A stretch of DNA of 64,000 nucleotides from Candidatus Falkowbacteria bacterium (GCA_013791585.1 VMTK01000005.1:18484-82483), one strand, 5' to 3'. Shown: positions 19,305-28,556, counted from the stretch's first letter. Numbers and translations: made by a program. Notes: generated by a model not told the origin, from the sequence alone.

Positions 19305-19655
19305 TTAAACCAGCTCCAGCTGCACAATATCAGCTCCATCGCCCTGCCTTTTGCCAAGCTTAATTATCCGGGCATATCCGCCTTTTCTATCCTTATAACG
19401 TTCTCCTAAAACTTCCATTGCTTTCTTTACGGCCATTTTTTGAGGCAAAGTTTCAATCAGCCGCCGCATAGCCGTTAAATCGCCTGTTTTTGAAACAGTT
19501 ATAAGCTTTTCAATAATTGGCTTTACGGCCTTGGCTTTTGCTTCAGTGGTTTTTATTTTTTCATATATTAAAATACTGGACGCTAAATTCCTCAGCATCA
19601 GTTCCCTTGGCTGTTTTTTTCTATCCAATGTTATTTTCTTGCTTCTGTGCCTCAT
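19305..19655 (-). CDS. rplQ: 50S ribosomal protein L17
   Basis: MRHRSKKITLDRKKQPRELMLRNLA...GGYARIIKLGKRQGD is the L17 signature. Confidence 0.9.
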   Translation of the reverse strand: MRHRSKKITLDRKKQPRELMLRNLASSILIYEKIKTTEAKAKAVKPIIEKLITVSKTGDLTAMRRLIETLPQKMAVKKAMEVLGERYKDRKGGYARIIKLGKRQGDGADIVQLELV

Positions 19656-19743
19656 ATAACGAAAATTATTTCATTTTTTAATTAACTCGTTAACTCTTTA
19701 ATTCGTTAACTAAATAATATTTTAATTATTTATTAAATATAAA

Positions 19744-20559
19744 TCAATTTTTTTTAGTTTGGCTGGCTTTCTTTTTCAATTTTTTTTTCTTATCTTCTTT
19801 TGTTTTTTTATCCTTTTTATCCTCTGCCGCTTCTTCCCCTTCAACTGCTTTTTTCTCTTTAGCAACCGCGGGCTTCTTTCCGATTAAAGCGCTAAACTGC
19901 TCAATTAAAATTTCAACCGCTTTTTTGAACGCGTCTTCCGGCGTTATGGTTCCGTCCGTTTTAATATCAAGAATCAGCTTGTCCCAATTAGTCATTTTGC
20001 CTACGCGGACATTTTCCACATTCACGCTCACCGCCACTATCGGAGTAAAAACAGAATCTATTTCAATATATCCGATTTCATGTTTTTCGTCTTCGCGGCT
20101 TTCTATTGTTTCATATCCCATGCCGCGCGAAACAAAAATTTCCATATTCAAGCTTCCGGCTATGTCGGTAAGATTCGCTAAAACCAAATCAGGATTAATA
20201 ATCTCAACTTGGCTGTTTTTTTTAATATCGCTTGCCTTAACTTCCTTTTCGCCGCGCGCTTCCAATTCTAATTTTATCACTTCTTCGCTATGCGCTTTTA
20301 ATCTTAATTTTTTAAAATTCAAAACAATTTCCAAAATATCTTCTTTCAAGTTATGGATGCCGGTAAATTCATGCCCGGCGCCTTTTATTTTTACGCCGAC
20401 AACAGCGGCTCCCGGCAATGAAGAAAGCAGCACTCGCCTTAAGGCATTGCCCAAGGTTATGCCATGGCCCCTAAAGCATGGCTCTATCACAACCAGCGTT
20501 TGATTTGCTTCTTCGCCTTTTTTAAATTCAATTTTTTTTGGTAAAGCTATAATGCTCAT
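19744..20559 (-). CDS. rpoA: DNA-directed RNA polymerase alpha subunit (NTD only; K/E-rich tail in place of the alpha-CTD)
   Basis: VVIEPCFRGHGITLGNALRRVLLSSLPGAAV is the RpoA NTD. The protein ends in a roughly 50-aa Lys/Glu-rich tail and no HhH-type CTD was found. Confidence 0.85.
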   Translation of the reverse strand: MSIIALPKKIEFKKGEEANQTLVVIEPCFRGHGITLGNALRRVLLSSLPGAAVVGVKIKGAGHEFTGIHNLKEDILEIVLNFKKLRLKAHSEEVIKLELEARGEKEVKASDIKKNSQVEIINPDLVLANLTDIAGSLNMEIFVSRGMGYETIESREDEKHEIGYIEIDSVFTPIVAVSVNVENVRVGKMTNWDKLILDIKTDGTITPEDAFKKAVEILIEQFSALIGKKPAVAKEKKAVEGEEAAEDKKDKKTKEDKKKKLKKKASQTKKN

Positions 20560-20570
20560 AAAATATGACG

Positions 20571-20654
20571 GAAATTAGTAATTTGAAATTTGAAATTTGG
20601 GATTTATTTTAAAATAAATCCTATTTACAAATTTCAAATTTCAAATTTCTAATT
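20571..20654. repeat. Intergenic palindrome built from AAATTTG heptamer arrays
   Basis: aattagtaatttgaaatttgaaatttgggatttatttt | aaaataaatcctatttacaaatttcaaatttcaaatttctaatt forms a near-perfect 40-bp-arm inverted repeat between rpsD and rpoA. Confidence 0.85.
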
Positions 20655-20664
20655 ACCGCGCTGA

Positions 20665-21294
20665 TTATCTTGAATAAAATTCCACTATCATTTGCGTATT
20701 AATCTTCATGTCAAAATCTTTCTTGCTTGGCTGATGCAGAACTTTGCCTGACAAATCTTCCGCGCTGGCATTGAGCCATCCGGGCGCTTCATGCTTTTTA
20801 AATTTTTCTTTTAAATTCTCAAAAGCTTTAATCTTTTTGTTGATTTTTTTTATTTTTATAACATCGCCCGCTTTCACTTGATATGAAGGTATGTTTATTT
20901 TTTTGCCGCCAACGGTAAAGTGCCCATGGCTGACAAGCTGCCTCGCGTGGCTCCTTGATTTGGAAAACCCTAAGCGAAAAACAGTATTATCCAATCGTGT
21001 TTCCAGCATTTTTAATAAATTTTCTCCGGCATCTCCTTTTTGCTTTTTGGCTTTTTCAAAAGTTATTCTAAACTGTTTTTCCAATATATTATAAATCTTT
21101 TTGGCTTTCTGCTTTTCGCGCAGCTGTATGCTATAGTCGCTTTGCCGCGGCCTTCTATTGCCCCCATGAGCTCCCGGAGGATAATTTTTTTTAACCATGG
21201 CGCACTTGGCGGAATCGCATCTGTCGCCTTTCAGCATCAGCTTTTCCCCCTCTCTTCTGCATTGCTTGCATTTTGGATCTAAATTTTTTGCCAT
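20665..21294 (-). CDS. rpsD: 30S ribosomal protein S4
   Basis: MAKNLDPKCKQCRREGEKLMLKGDRC...RLDNTVFRLGFSKSRSHARQLVSHGHF is the S4 signature. Confidence 0.9.
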   Translation of the reverse strand: MAKNLDPKCKQCRREGEKLMLKGDRCDSAKCAMVKKNYPPGAHGGNRRPRQSDYSIQLREKQKAKKIYNILEKQFRITFEKAKKQKGDAGENLLKMLETRLDNTVFRLGFSKSRSHARQLVSHGHFTVGGKKINIPSYQVKAGDVIKIKKINKKIKAFENLKEKFKKHEAPGWLNASAEDLSGKVLHQPSKKDFDMKINTQMIVEFYSR

Positions 21295-21321
21295 ATATTT
21301 TAGTCGCTTAATTACTTCTGC

Positions 21322-21406
21322 CTCGCCGCAGTCTCTCCGCAGAGGACTGCGGCGGTCATGCTCGCTTGTTCGTCGCAGTCCCTTTCAGGAGACTGCGACG
21401 CGGCGG
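21322..21406 (-). ncRNA. Twin-hairpin GC-rich element (copy A) in the rpsK-rpsD spacer; candidate structured RNA or REP-like element
   Basis: Two consecutive palindromes, cgccgcagtctctccgcagaggactgcggcg and cgtcgcagtccctttcaggagactgcgacg. A second copy at 51164-51270 carries a compensatory change in hairpin 2 (T/A here, C/G there). Confidence 0.45.
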
Positions 21407-21504
21407 AAATTCTAATTTTCAAATTACCAAAATCGTTTTGAAAATTTGAATATTAAGATTTGGGATTTGTTTAGAATTTAGAGTTTAGGATTTAGGATTT
21501 TTTA

Positions 21505-22278
21505 CTAAACTTTCCTCGGCTTCCTTTTTCTGCAGCCGTTATGAGGAATCGGCGTAATGTCTTTTATCAAAGTCACATTCAACCCATTGGCATTTAACGC
21601 TCTGATGGCGGACTCTCTTCCCGTGCCAACGCCTTTCGCGTAAACGCTAACCTCTGACAGCCCGACCCCTTTCGCTTTTTCAACCGCTATTCTGGTAATA
21701 ATTTGAGCGGCGTAAGGCGTTGATTTCCTCGGCCCTTTGAATCCGGCCATGCCGGCGCTTGCCCATGATATTACATTTCCGTCCAAATCAGTCAAAGTAA
21801 CTATTGTATTGTTATAAGTTGATTTAATAAACGCCTTGCCGACACTGACATTTTTCTTTTCTTTTCTTTTCTTTTTTTTGATCATTTTACTTTTCTTTTT
21901 GCCGATAGCGCTCTTTTTGGATTTTTCAGCTTTTCTTTTTTCCAATTTTTTCCTTACTTCCTCGGGCAATTCTTCCATTATCTCGGATGTCTGATTTCGG
22001 ATGTCTGATTTCGGACTTCTGACTTCGGATTCCAAATCTTTTCCAATACTAATATCGCCTAATTCGTTTTCCGGTTTCTTGTCATTTTTCTCCGTATTAT
22101 TTTTTATATTTTCTTTTTTATTTTCTTTCTTGTCCTCCGTAGTTTTCTTGACTTCCGTAGTTTTAACAGAGGGAGTAACAAAGGAGGATTTTTCAATTGC
22201 AACACTACCGGATTTTTTTTCCGGTTTTTTATCTTCTTTCTCTTCTTTATTTTTTATATTCTTATTATCTTCTGACAT
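21505..22278 (-). CDS. rpsK: 30S ribosomal protein S11 with a roughly 130-aa Lys/Glu-rich N-terminal extension (or the true start is an internal Met)
   Basis: The C-terminal 125 aa are S11 (...[45 protein letters not shown]...). The open frame continues upstream through low-complexity sequence that includes a 15-nt tandem repeat at 21961-22030. Confidence 0.8.
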   Translation of the reverse strand: MSEDNKNIKNKEEKEDKKPEKKSGSVAIEKSSFVTPSVKTTEVKKTTEDKKENKKENIKNNTEKNDKKPENELGDISIGKDLESEVRSPKSDIRNQTSEIMEELPEEVRKKLEKRKAEKSKKSAIGKKKSKMIKKKKRKEKKNVSVGKAFIKSTYNNTIVTLTDLDGNVISWASAGMAGFKGPRKSTPYAAQIITRIAVEKAKGVGLSEVSVYAKGVGTGRESAIRALNANGLNVTLIKDITPIPHNGCRKRKPRKV

Positions 22279-22423
22279 AATTTTGTCTTAAGTTTGTCTT
22301 AAGAGTGTAAAAAAAATCAAAAAATTAACTGGTTAATTAAATTTTAAACAATAACTCGTTAACTCGCTAACTCGCTAACTAAATAATATTTTAATTATTT
22401 ATAAATTACGCGTTACGCGCGCC

Positions 22424-22816
22424 TTAAGTCTTCTGGTCCGACATCTTTTTGCCTGACATTGCCGTGTGCCTTACATTGCCCCTTACAGTCCTGTTGTTGG
22501 TCTTTGTTCTTTGTCCTCTAACAGGCAAATTTTTACTGTGCCGGCTTCCGCGATAACTGCTTATTTCTTTTAAGCGCTTTATATTTCCCATTATTTCTCT
22601 TTTTAAATCTCCCTCCACTTTATGTTTTTTTTCAATAATTACTCTTAATTTATTCGCTTCTTCATCAGATAAATCTTTAACTCTTTTTTCAGGATTAACG
22701 TTGGCGCTTTTTAATATTTCCTTTGATTTCTTCGCGCCAATTCCAAAAATATAGGTTAATGCTATTTCAACCTGCTTGTCGTTTGGTATTAATATTCCCG
22801 CGATTCTTACGGCCAT
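22424..22816 (-). CDS. rpsM: 30S ribosomal protein S13
   Basis: [27 protein letters not shown]...[12 protein letters not shown] is the S13 signature. Confidence 0.9.
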   Translation of the reverse strand: MAVRIAGILIPNDKQVEIALTYIFGIGAKKSKEILKSANVNPEKRVKDLSDEEANKLRVIIEKKHKVEGDLKREIMGNIKRLKEISSYRGSRHSKNLPVRGQRTKTNNRTVRGNVRHTAMSGKKMSDQKT

Positions 22817-22906
22817 AGTTTTAGAAATTAGAAATTAGAAATTAGAAATTTGTAAATACCGAATTCTAAAACCAAATTACCAATTTCAAATTTCAAATTT
22901 CGGGCT

Positions 22907-23020
22907 TTAGCCCTGACGTTGCTTATGTTTTGGGTTGCTGCACAAAACACGCACCCGGCCTTTGCGCCGGATCGTCTTGCAGTCTTTGCACATTTTTTTA
23001 ACGCTTGCTCTTACTTTCAT
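22907..23020 (-). CDS. rpmJ: 50S ribosomal protein L36 (not in the ORF track; under 60 aa)
   Basis: Manual translation gives [37 protein letters not shown], a zinc-ribbon L36, in the conserved position between infA and rpsM. Confidence 0.85.
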   Translation of the reverse strand: MKVRASVKKMCKDCKTIRRKGRVRVLCSNPKHKQRQG

Positions 23021-23144
23021 AAAAATACATAATTCAAATCTACGAATTATATTCAAATACTTCAAATGGCTACAAATCGAATTAAATTATTTGAATAATT
23101 CATATTTGAGGCATTTGAATATAATTTGCGGGTTAGAATTATAC

Positions 23145-23390
23145 TTACATCCTATATGTAATTCTGCCTTTGCTTAAATCATAAGGGCTTATTTCCACTC
23201 TAACTTTGTCGCCGGGCAATAATCTTATTCTATTCATTCTCATCCTGCCTGATAAATGCGCCAATATTTCATGGCCATTTTCCAAAAGCACTTTAAAAGT
23301 AACTGCCGGCAATAATTCCAGCACTTCCCCTTTTACTTCAATAAAATCTTTCGCGTCTGCGGGCTTGTTCTCTTTTTCGCTATTTGCCAT
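23145..23390 (-). CDS. infA: Translation initiation factor IF-1
   Basis: [62 protein letters not shown] is the IF-1 S1-like fold. Confidence 0.9.
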   Translation of the reverse strand: MANSEKENKPADAKDFIEVKGEVLELLPAVTFKVLLENGHEILAHLSGRMRMNRIRLLPGDKVRVEISPYDLSKGRITYRM

Positions 23391-23640
23391 TTATAACACA
23401 ATAAAACTTTGGCAAAATTTAAAAATTTTACCAAAATTCTGGTAAATTATATTAAACTTATAATAATTTTTTATTAATAAATCCGTATAAATAATTATAT
23501 ATGTTAATTGATATTGTGTCAAGAGAAAAATACGCCATTATGCTAAAATAATATTGTATATATTCATTTTATCTAAAATTAGGTAAAATTAGACCTTAGA
23601 AACAACAAGAAATAAGAATATAATAATCAACACTCAACAT

Positions 23641-23687
23641 TTATTATCAGCACCGAGTGCTGCGGCAGCACTCGGTGCTGATAATAA
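23641..23687. terminator. GC-rich perfect hairpin immediately 3' of alaS (candidate terminator or structured element; no clear U tract)
   Basis: ttattatcagcaccgagtgctgc-ggc-agcactcggtgctgataataa has a 20-bp stem. Confidence 0.35.
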
Positions 23688-23694
23688 AATAATG

Positions 23695-25617
23695 TTAAGA
23701 TGATAATATTGCTTTTATTCTCCTAACTCCCGCCGATGAACTTTGCTCTTTTTTTATCTTAAAATTTCCCAAGCTGCCGGTATTTTCCGCGTGCGGACCT
23801 CCGCAAATTTCATAAGAAAAAACATTGCCGCCTTCGCCTATTTTATAAACTTTAACTTTTTCTCCGTATTTTGAATCAAACACGCCCATGGCGCCAAGTC
23901 TTTTTGCCTCGCCTATATTCATCTCCTCGCGGCTTACGGGCAGATTATCTTGGATTGCTTTATTGACTAATTTTTCAACTTCTTGCTGTTGTTCGTCTGT
24001 TATTTTTTCTCCATGGGAAAAATCAAAACGCAGGCGCTCCGCCGTAATATTACTGCCTTTCTGAACAACATGATCGCCTAAAACTTGTCTTAAAGCGGCT
24101 AAAAGCAAGTGCGCGGCTGTATGCAATTTGGTTGTTTCTTCGCTGGAATCAGCCAAACCGCCTTTAAATTTGCCTGCGCTGGCAGTCCGCGAAAGCTGTT
24201 GATGCTTTTTAAGCTCTTTATTAAATCCATCTTCATCTATAGTCAAGCCATTTTCTTCAGCTAATTCCTTGGTCATCTCAATCGGAAAGCCATAAGTCTG
24301 GTATAAATCAAAAGCATCTTCGCCTAATATCCTGTCGTCTGTCGTCTGTCGTCTGTCGTCTAATTTTTTAAATTCCATTAATCCCCTCTCTAATGTCTTA
24401 CTGAACTTTTCTTCTTCTTTCTTTAACTCCTCTATAACAAAATTAATATTCTTCTTTAATTCAGGATAAGCTTCCTGATAATCATGGGCGACAATTTTAG
24501 CTATTTCCTTGGTCCATGTCTCATCCGGCTTGCTTTCAATATTGATTTGTTTGCCATAGCGGATTGCGCGCCTGATTAATCTCCGCGCAATATACCCCTG
24601 ATCCGTATTGGAAGGAACAATCCCCTTGCCGCCGCCCATGATAAAAGTTGCGGCTTTCAGGTGATCGGCTATTACTTCAAAGGCGCGCGCATTGCCTTTA
24701 TATTTTTTGCCTGACAAGCTTTCAATTTTATTAATAATATTCGCGAACAAATCTGTTTCAAAAATATTGCTCTTGCCTTGAACCGCCATAGTGATCCTTT
24801 CAAGCCCTCCGCCGAAATCAACATTTTTTTGCGGCAGCTGATCAAAGCCATTGTCAGTTTTTATAAATTCCATGAATACATTATTTCCTATTTCAATAAA
24901 GCGACCGCAATCGCAATTAACATGGCAGGGCCGGTTTTTCCAGATTGAATTTTCATGCTTTTTCAAATCCGCGCCCAAATCATAAAATATCTCGCTGTCA
25001 GGGCCGCCCGGCTCGCCTGTTGGCATATTTTGCGGCAGGCCGGAGCGCGACCACCAATTCTTGGCTTCATCATAATAAAAAATGCGGCCGCCTTGCATAC
25101 CATCTTTTTCAGCCATGTCAACGGCTTTTGCTTCTATGCCCGCGCTCTTATATAATTTTTGCCAAATTTCAACTGATTCCGAGTCTTTGTCTATGCCCAT
25201 CTCTTTGTTGCCGCGGAAAACAGTCGCGTAAAGCCGGCTGGGGTCTATTTTTAATTCTTTGGTTAAAAATTCCCAAATCCATGCCAGCTGCTCTTCTTTA
25301 AAATAACCTGCCCCGATACCATCAGGTACATCTGGGTCTCCCAAGGACCAGTTGCCCAGCATCTCAAAAAAGGTAATATGCCGATTATCGCCCACTTCAT
25401 CAATATCTTCAGCGCGAAAACATTTTTGGCTGTTAACCAAGCGCCGTCCTGCCGGATGCTTCTCGCCCAGCAAGTACGGAATCAGCGGCTGCATGCCGGA
25501 TCCGATGAACAGCGATGTCGGATCATTTTCCGGAACCAAAGAGGCGCTGGATATAACAACGTGCTTTTTTGCCTGAAAAAAATCAAGGTATTTTTGGCGT
25601 ATTTCTTTTGAAGTCAT
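23695..25617 (-). CDS. alaS: Alanyl-tRNA synthetase (catalytic and editing domains; no C-Ala domain recognisable)
   Basis: The N-terminal FRAEDIDEVGDNRHITFFEMLGNWSLGD and the editing motif HTAAHLLLAALRQVLGDHV are AlaRS. At 640 aa it is shorter than typical AlaRS. It carries an in-frame GTCGTCT heptamer insertion (DDRRQTTDDR, 24335-24365). Confidence 0.85.
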   Translation of the reverse strand: MTSKEIRQKYLDFFQAKKHVVISSASLVPENDPTSLFIGSGMQPLIPYLLGEKHPAGRRLVNSQKCFRAEDIDEVGDNRHITFFEMLGNWSLGDPDVPDGIGAGYFKEEQLAWIWEFLTKELKIDPSRLYATVFRGNKEMGIDKDSESVEIWQKLYKSAGIEAKAVDMAEKDGMQGGRIFYYDEAKNWWSRSGLPQNMPTGEPGGPDSEIFYDLGADLKKHENSIWKNRPCHVNCDCGRFIEIGNNVFMEFIKTDNGFDQLPQKNVDFGGGLERITMAVQGKSNIFETDLFANIINKIESLSGKKYKGNARAFEVIADHLKAATFIMGGGKGIVPSNTDQGYIARRLIRRAIRYGKQINIESKPDETWTKEIAKIVAHDYQEAYPELKKNINFVIEELKKEEEKFSKTLERGLMEFKKLDDRRQTTDDRILGEDAFDLYQTYGFPIEMTKELAEENGLTIDEDGFNKELKKHQQLSRTASAGKFKGGLADSSEETTKLHTAAHLLLAALRQVLGDHVVQKGSNITAERLRFDFSHGEKITDEQQQEVEKLVNKAIQDNLPVSREEMNIGEAKRLGAMGVFDSKYGEKVKVYKIGEGGNVFSYEICGGPHAENTGSLGNFKIKKEQSSSAGVRRIKAILSS

Positions 25618-25625
25618 AGATTTTG

Positions 25626-25853
25626 GTTAATTGGTTGCTTGGTTTTTAAAAAATATTAAATACTGCTTAACTAATTACTTTAAATTACGAAGTTGTCTTT
25701 TTTTGTCATCCCGAAGCCCGCAGGCGAGGGATCTAATACCATTGCAAGATCAACAAGCCATGTTCCGCAGATCCCTCACCTCGCTGCGGCGGGGTTCGGG
25801 ATGACAAAAAAAGTGTTTCACAATTCACAGTAATTAACCAAGCAACTGATTAA
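25626..25853. repeat. Nested imperfect palindrome (MITE-like) immediately upstream of the alaS start
   Basis: Outer inverted repeat ggttaattggttgcttgg / ccaagcaactgattaacc. Inner GC-rich arms ctttttttgtcatcccgaagcccgcaggcgagggatct / agatccctcacctcgctgcggcggggttcgggatgacaaaaaaag. Confidence 0.7.
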
Positions 25854-25942
25854 CTATACCTAATCATATAAAATAATATTGAATTTGGCAAGAAAAAACC
25901 CTACCGGCGAAGTTTCGCTGACAGGGGTTTGAAAAATTAAAA

Positions 25943-26788
25943 TTAAATTTTCGCTAAAACAAAATTGACTTTTTGCGCATAAACATACGCGCTTGGGTCA
26001 AAATTGTGTTTTAGGAGTTCATCTACTTTTGTGGGGCCTAAATTGTAAGCCGCTAATGCTGTATCAAGATTACCGAATCTTTTTTCAAGACGCTTTAAAT
26101 AGCGCGTTCCGGCCCATACATTTTCGTATGGATGAAACGAATCTTTTATGCCCATTATTTTGGCGGTCGGGGGCATTAATTGCATTAATCCCCGAGCACC
26201 AACTCTTGAAACAGCCAGACAATCCCCTGAAGATTCCACGGCAATTATAGCCGTGATAATCTTTGGATTAATACCGTGCCTCTTGGCGGCAAGTTTAATT
26301 CTGCCGCCATAAACTCTTTTAATCTCTCGCACGGATTTTTCTTTTGTTTTATACCATTCTTTCATATCATCTTTTGAATTTTTAACCATGCTAACAACCC
26401 CGCCCTCTTGGATTTTTATTACCTTTAATGGATCAAGTTCTTTAACAGAAAAATTATTTATTTTACCTTTTATAGAGGGTGTTAACTTTTCCTCTTTTTC
26501 TATTTCTCTTTCTATTTCTTTTCTGATTATCTCTTCTGCTATACTCTTCCATTTCTGAATTTCTATCCTCAATTCTGCTATTTCAGATTCCATCTTTTGC
26601 ATTTTTTGCCTTTTGATTTTTGCTGATTCGTTTAAAACATAAACGGAAAAAGCAAAAAGCAATATTACAACAATAGCAAAAATTAAAAAATTTACGGCCT
26701 TTACTTCAATCCTTGTCTCTGCATCCTCTCCTGTATTCTCTGAATCATTTTTATTCTCTATATTCTCTTTATTCTCTTTCATTTCCAC
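25943..26788 (-). CDS. Membrane-anchored lytic transglycosylase (SLT domain)
   Basis: ESSGDCLAVSRVGARGLMQLMPPTAKIMG...AYNLGP is an SLT catalytic motif set. N-terminal TM segment and coiled coil. Confidence 0.75.
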   Translation of the reverse strand: MEMKENKENIENKNDSENTGEDAETRIEVKAVNFLIFAIVVILLFAFSVYVLNESAKIKRQKMQKMESEIAELRIEIQKWKSIAEEIIRKEIEREIEKEEKLTPSIKGKINNFSVKELDPLKVIKIQEGGVVSMVKNSKDDMKEWYKTKEKSVREIKRVYGGRIKLAAKRHGINPKIITAIIAVESSGDCLAVSRVGARGLMQLMPPTAKIMGIKDSFHPYENVWAGTRYLKRLEKRFGNLDTALAAYNLGPTKVDELLKHNFDPSAYVYAQKVNFVLAKI

Positions 26789-26942
26789 CTCCTGTTTTGG
26801 GAGTTAAAAGTTATTTTTCAAATTGTCAAAAAGCATTATATTAAGCTAACATAATTTTACTTTTGTGTCAAGAAAGACAACCTTAGATTCTATTCCGAAG
26901 CGCAACAAGGGGTTGCGCGCGATACGCGTTACGCGTTACGCG

Positions 26943-28142
26943 TTATGCGGCAATAATCCCCCCTCCCAGCACTTCATCCTCATTATTATAATTCGCATGC
27001 GCGTTATTTGTAGCAGCGCGTCTAATCCCATAAAATACAACGCTTTGGCCCGGCGTTACAGCCCTTTGCGGCTGAGAAAACGCTACAGCCACCGAGTGGC
27101 TCTTAAAGCCACTCGGTGGCTTCGTAACTTTACACTTAACCGGCTTGTGCCTGTATCTGATAACTGCTTGGCAGGACAACGGCAGTCTCGGCTCTTTGCC
27201 TGAAATCCAGTTCACATCGCCGGCAATCAATTCTCTGCTGTACAAAACAGAATCATCCCTATCACTAACCACATATAGCGTATTGGTTTTATAATCGCAT
27301 TTGGCAGCATAAAAAGGCCCGATGCCGCCAATTTCCACTCCCTTTCTTTGCCCGATAGTGTAAAGCGGCAGGCCCTGATGCTCGCCGATAACCTCCCCTA
27401 ACCCCTCCTTGGCAAGGAGGGGAACGCGGAGCGACTCCGCCATTTTTCTCCCCTTACCAAGGGGAGATGCCCGAAGGGCAGAGGGGTAAGGGGTGAGGGC
27501 AACAATCGGCCCTGGTTTTAACTTGATATGCTCGCGCAAAAAATCATTATGATCGCCTTTTAAAAAACAAACATCCTGGCTTTCTTTTTTTACATAAGGC
27601 AATTTTGCTTTGTCCGCGATTTTTCTAACTTCCTCTTTCGTGTACTCGCCCAAAGGAAATAAAACCCGCGCCAGCTGTTTCTGCGTCAAATTATAAAGAA
27701 AATAGCTCTGATCCTTGCCCTCATCTTTCCCGCGATATAACTTATAAATCAATTCTGTTTTTGTGTTTTTGTGTTTTTGTGTTTTTGTGTAGTGTCCCGT
27801 TGCCAAAAAATCCGCGCCGATCTCGCGAGCGCCCTTGAGTAGCGCGCCAAATTTAATAAGCCGATTACACCTTGCGCAAGGATTCGGCGTTAAGCCGCGA
27901 GCATAACTTTCTAAAAAATAATCAATCACTTCTTTTTTAAATTGGTCGGCGTAATTTACCGGATAAAATTTAACGCCTAATTTGGCGCAAACGCGGCGCG
28001 CGGCCTGCTCGTCATCGCTATTATTTGCCAACCGCATAAACATGCCGATAACTTCATATCCTTGTTTCTGCAATAAAAAAACCGCCGCCGAAGAATCAAC
28101 TCCGCCGGACATGGCGATCACAACTTTTAAACATTTAGGCAT
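26943..28142 (-). CDS. mnmA: tRNA-specific 2-thiouridylase MnmA
   Basis: PP-loop SGGVDSS and CARCNRLIKFGALL identify MnmA. Two in-frame insertions: a roughly 110-nt GC-rich palindromic element (27393-27502) and 8-nt repeats (27764-27791; TKTQKHKNTKT). Confidence 0.9.
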   Translation of the reverse strand: MPKCLKVVIAMSGGVDSSAAVFLLQKQGYEVIGMFMRLANNSDDEQAARRVCAKLGVKFYPVNYADQFKKEVIDYFLESYARGLTPNPCARCNRLIKFGALLKGAREIGADFLATGHYTKTQKHKNTKTELIYKLYRGKDEGKDQSYFLYNLTQKQLARVLFPLGEYTKEEVRKIADKAKLPYVKKESQDVCFLKGDHNDFLREHIKLKPGPIVALTPYPSALRASPLGKGRKMAESLRVPLLAKEGLGEVIGEHQGLPLYTIGQRKGVEIGGIGPFYAAKCDYKTNTLYVVSDRDDSVLYSRELIAGDVNWISGKEPRLPLSCQAVIRYRHKPVKCKVTKPPSGFKSHSVAVAFSQPQRAVTPGQSVVFYGIRRAATNNAHANYNNEDEVLGGGIIAA

Positions 28143-28228
28143 ACTTACAATAAATATTCTTTTTCTTTATAAAAAATGGGCCCTTATAAAAGCAGAGCCC
28201 ATTAAAATTCATAATCAATAAAAATGCA

Positions 28229-28438
28229 TCAAATTTCCGTCCAGCTATCCCCTCTCTCCATACAGATCCCCAAAAGCATGCCTTGAAGCTTGGGAATTTG
28301 AGCGGCATTTGAATGTTTTAGATTGAAATCATGCAATCTTGCAAGACTTAAAATTTCAGGGTCTTTTGAACCGCCGTTATGCATCTGTCTGAGCTTTTGA
28401 ATGATCTCCTGCTCCCCCAGTTTCTCTATTTCCCCCAT
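28229..28438 (-). CDS. Hypothetical small protein
   Basis: 69-aa ORF with no motif recognised. Confidence 0.3.
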   Translation of the reverse strand: MGEIEKLGEQEIIQKLRQMHNGGSKDPEILSLARLHDFNLKHSNAAQIPKLQGMLLGICMERGDSWTEI

Positions 28439-28556
28439 TTTTTTCCTCCTTTCTTTTTGTGGTTTTAGTTAAATACAATATTAAACAATTTTATAAATAC
28501 AGTCAAGTAAAAAATGAAAAGCTTTGAATATTAATAATATTAAAATACTTGAACAT

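Noticed and set aside
19925-20503. 192-aa plus-strand ORF antisense to rpoA, and similar antisense ORFs in rpsK (22001..22291), alaS (24945..25611), cca (49012..49480), PBP (54085..54315) and others
   Set aside because: They are antisense to strongly supported conserved genes and have low-complexity translations.
23400-23640. Sigma70-type promoter for the infA-alpha operon
   Set aside because: The region is AT-rich and several TTGACA/TATAAT-like hexamers are possible. None is compelling without transcript data, so no promoter was called.
25626-25853. T-box riboswitch upstream of alaS
   Set aside because: No T-box consensus (AATTAGGGTGGNACCGCG-like) or specifier-loop architecture is visible. 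The structure is a symmetric palindrome, which is atypical for a T-box.
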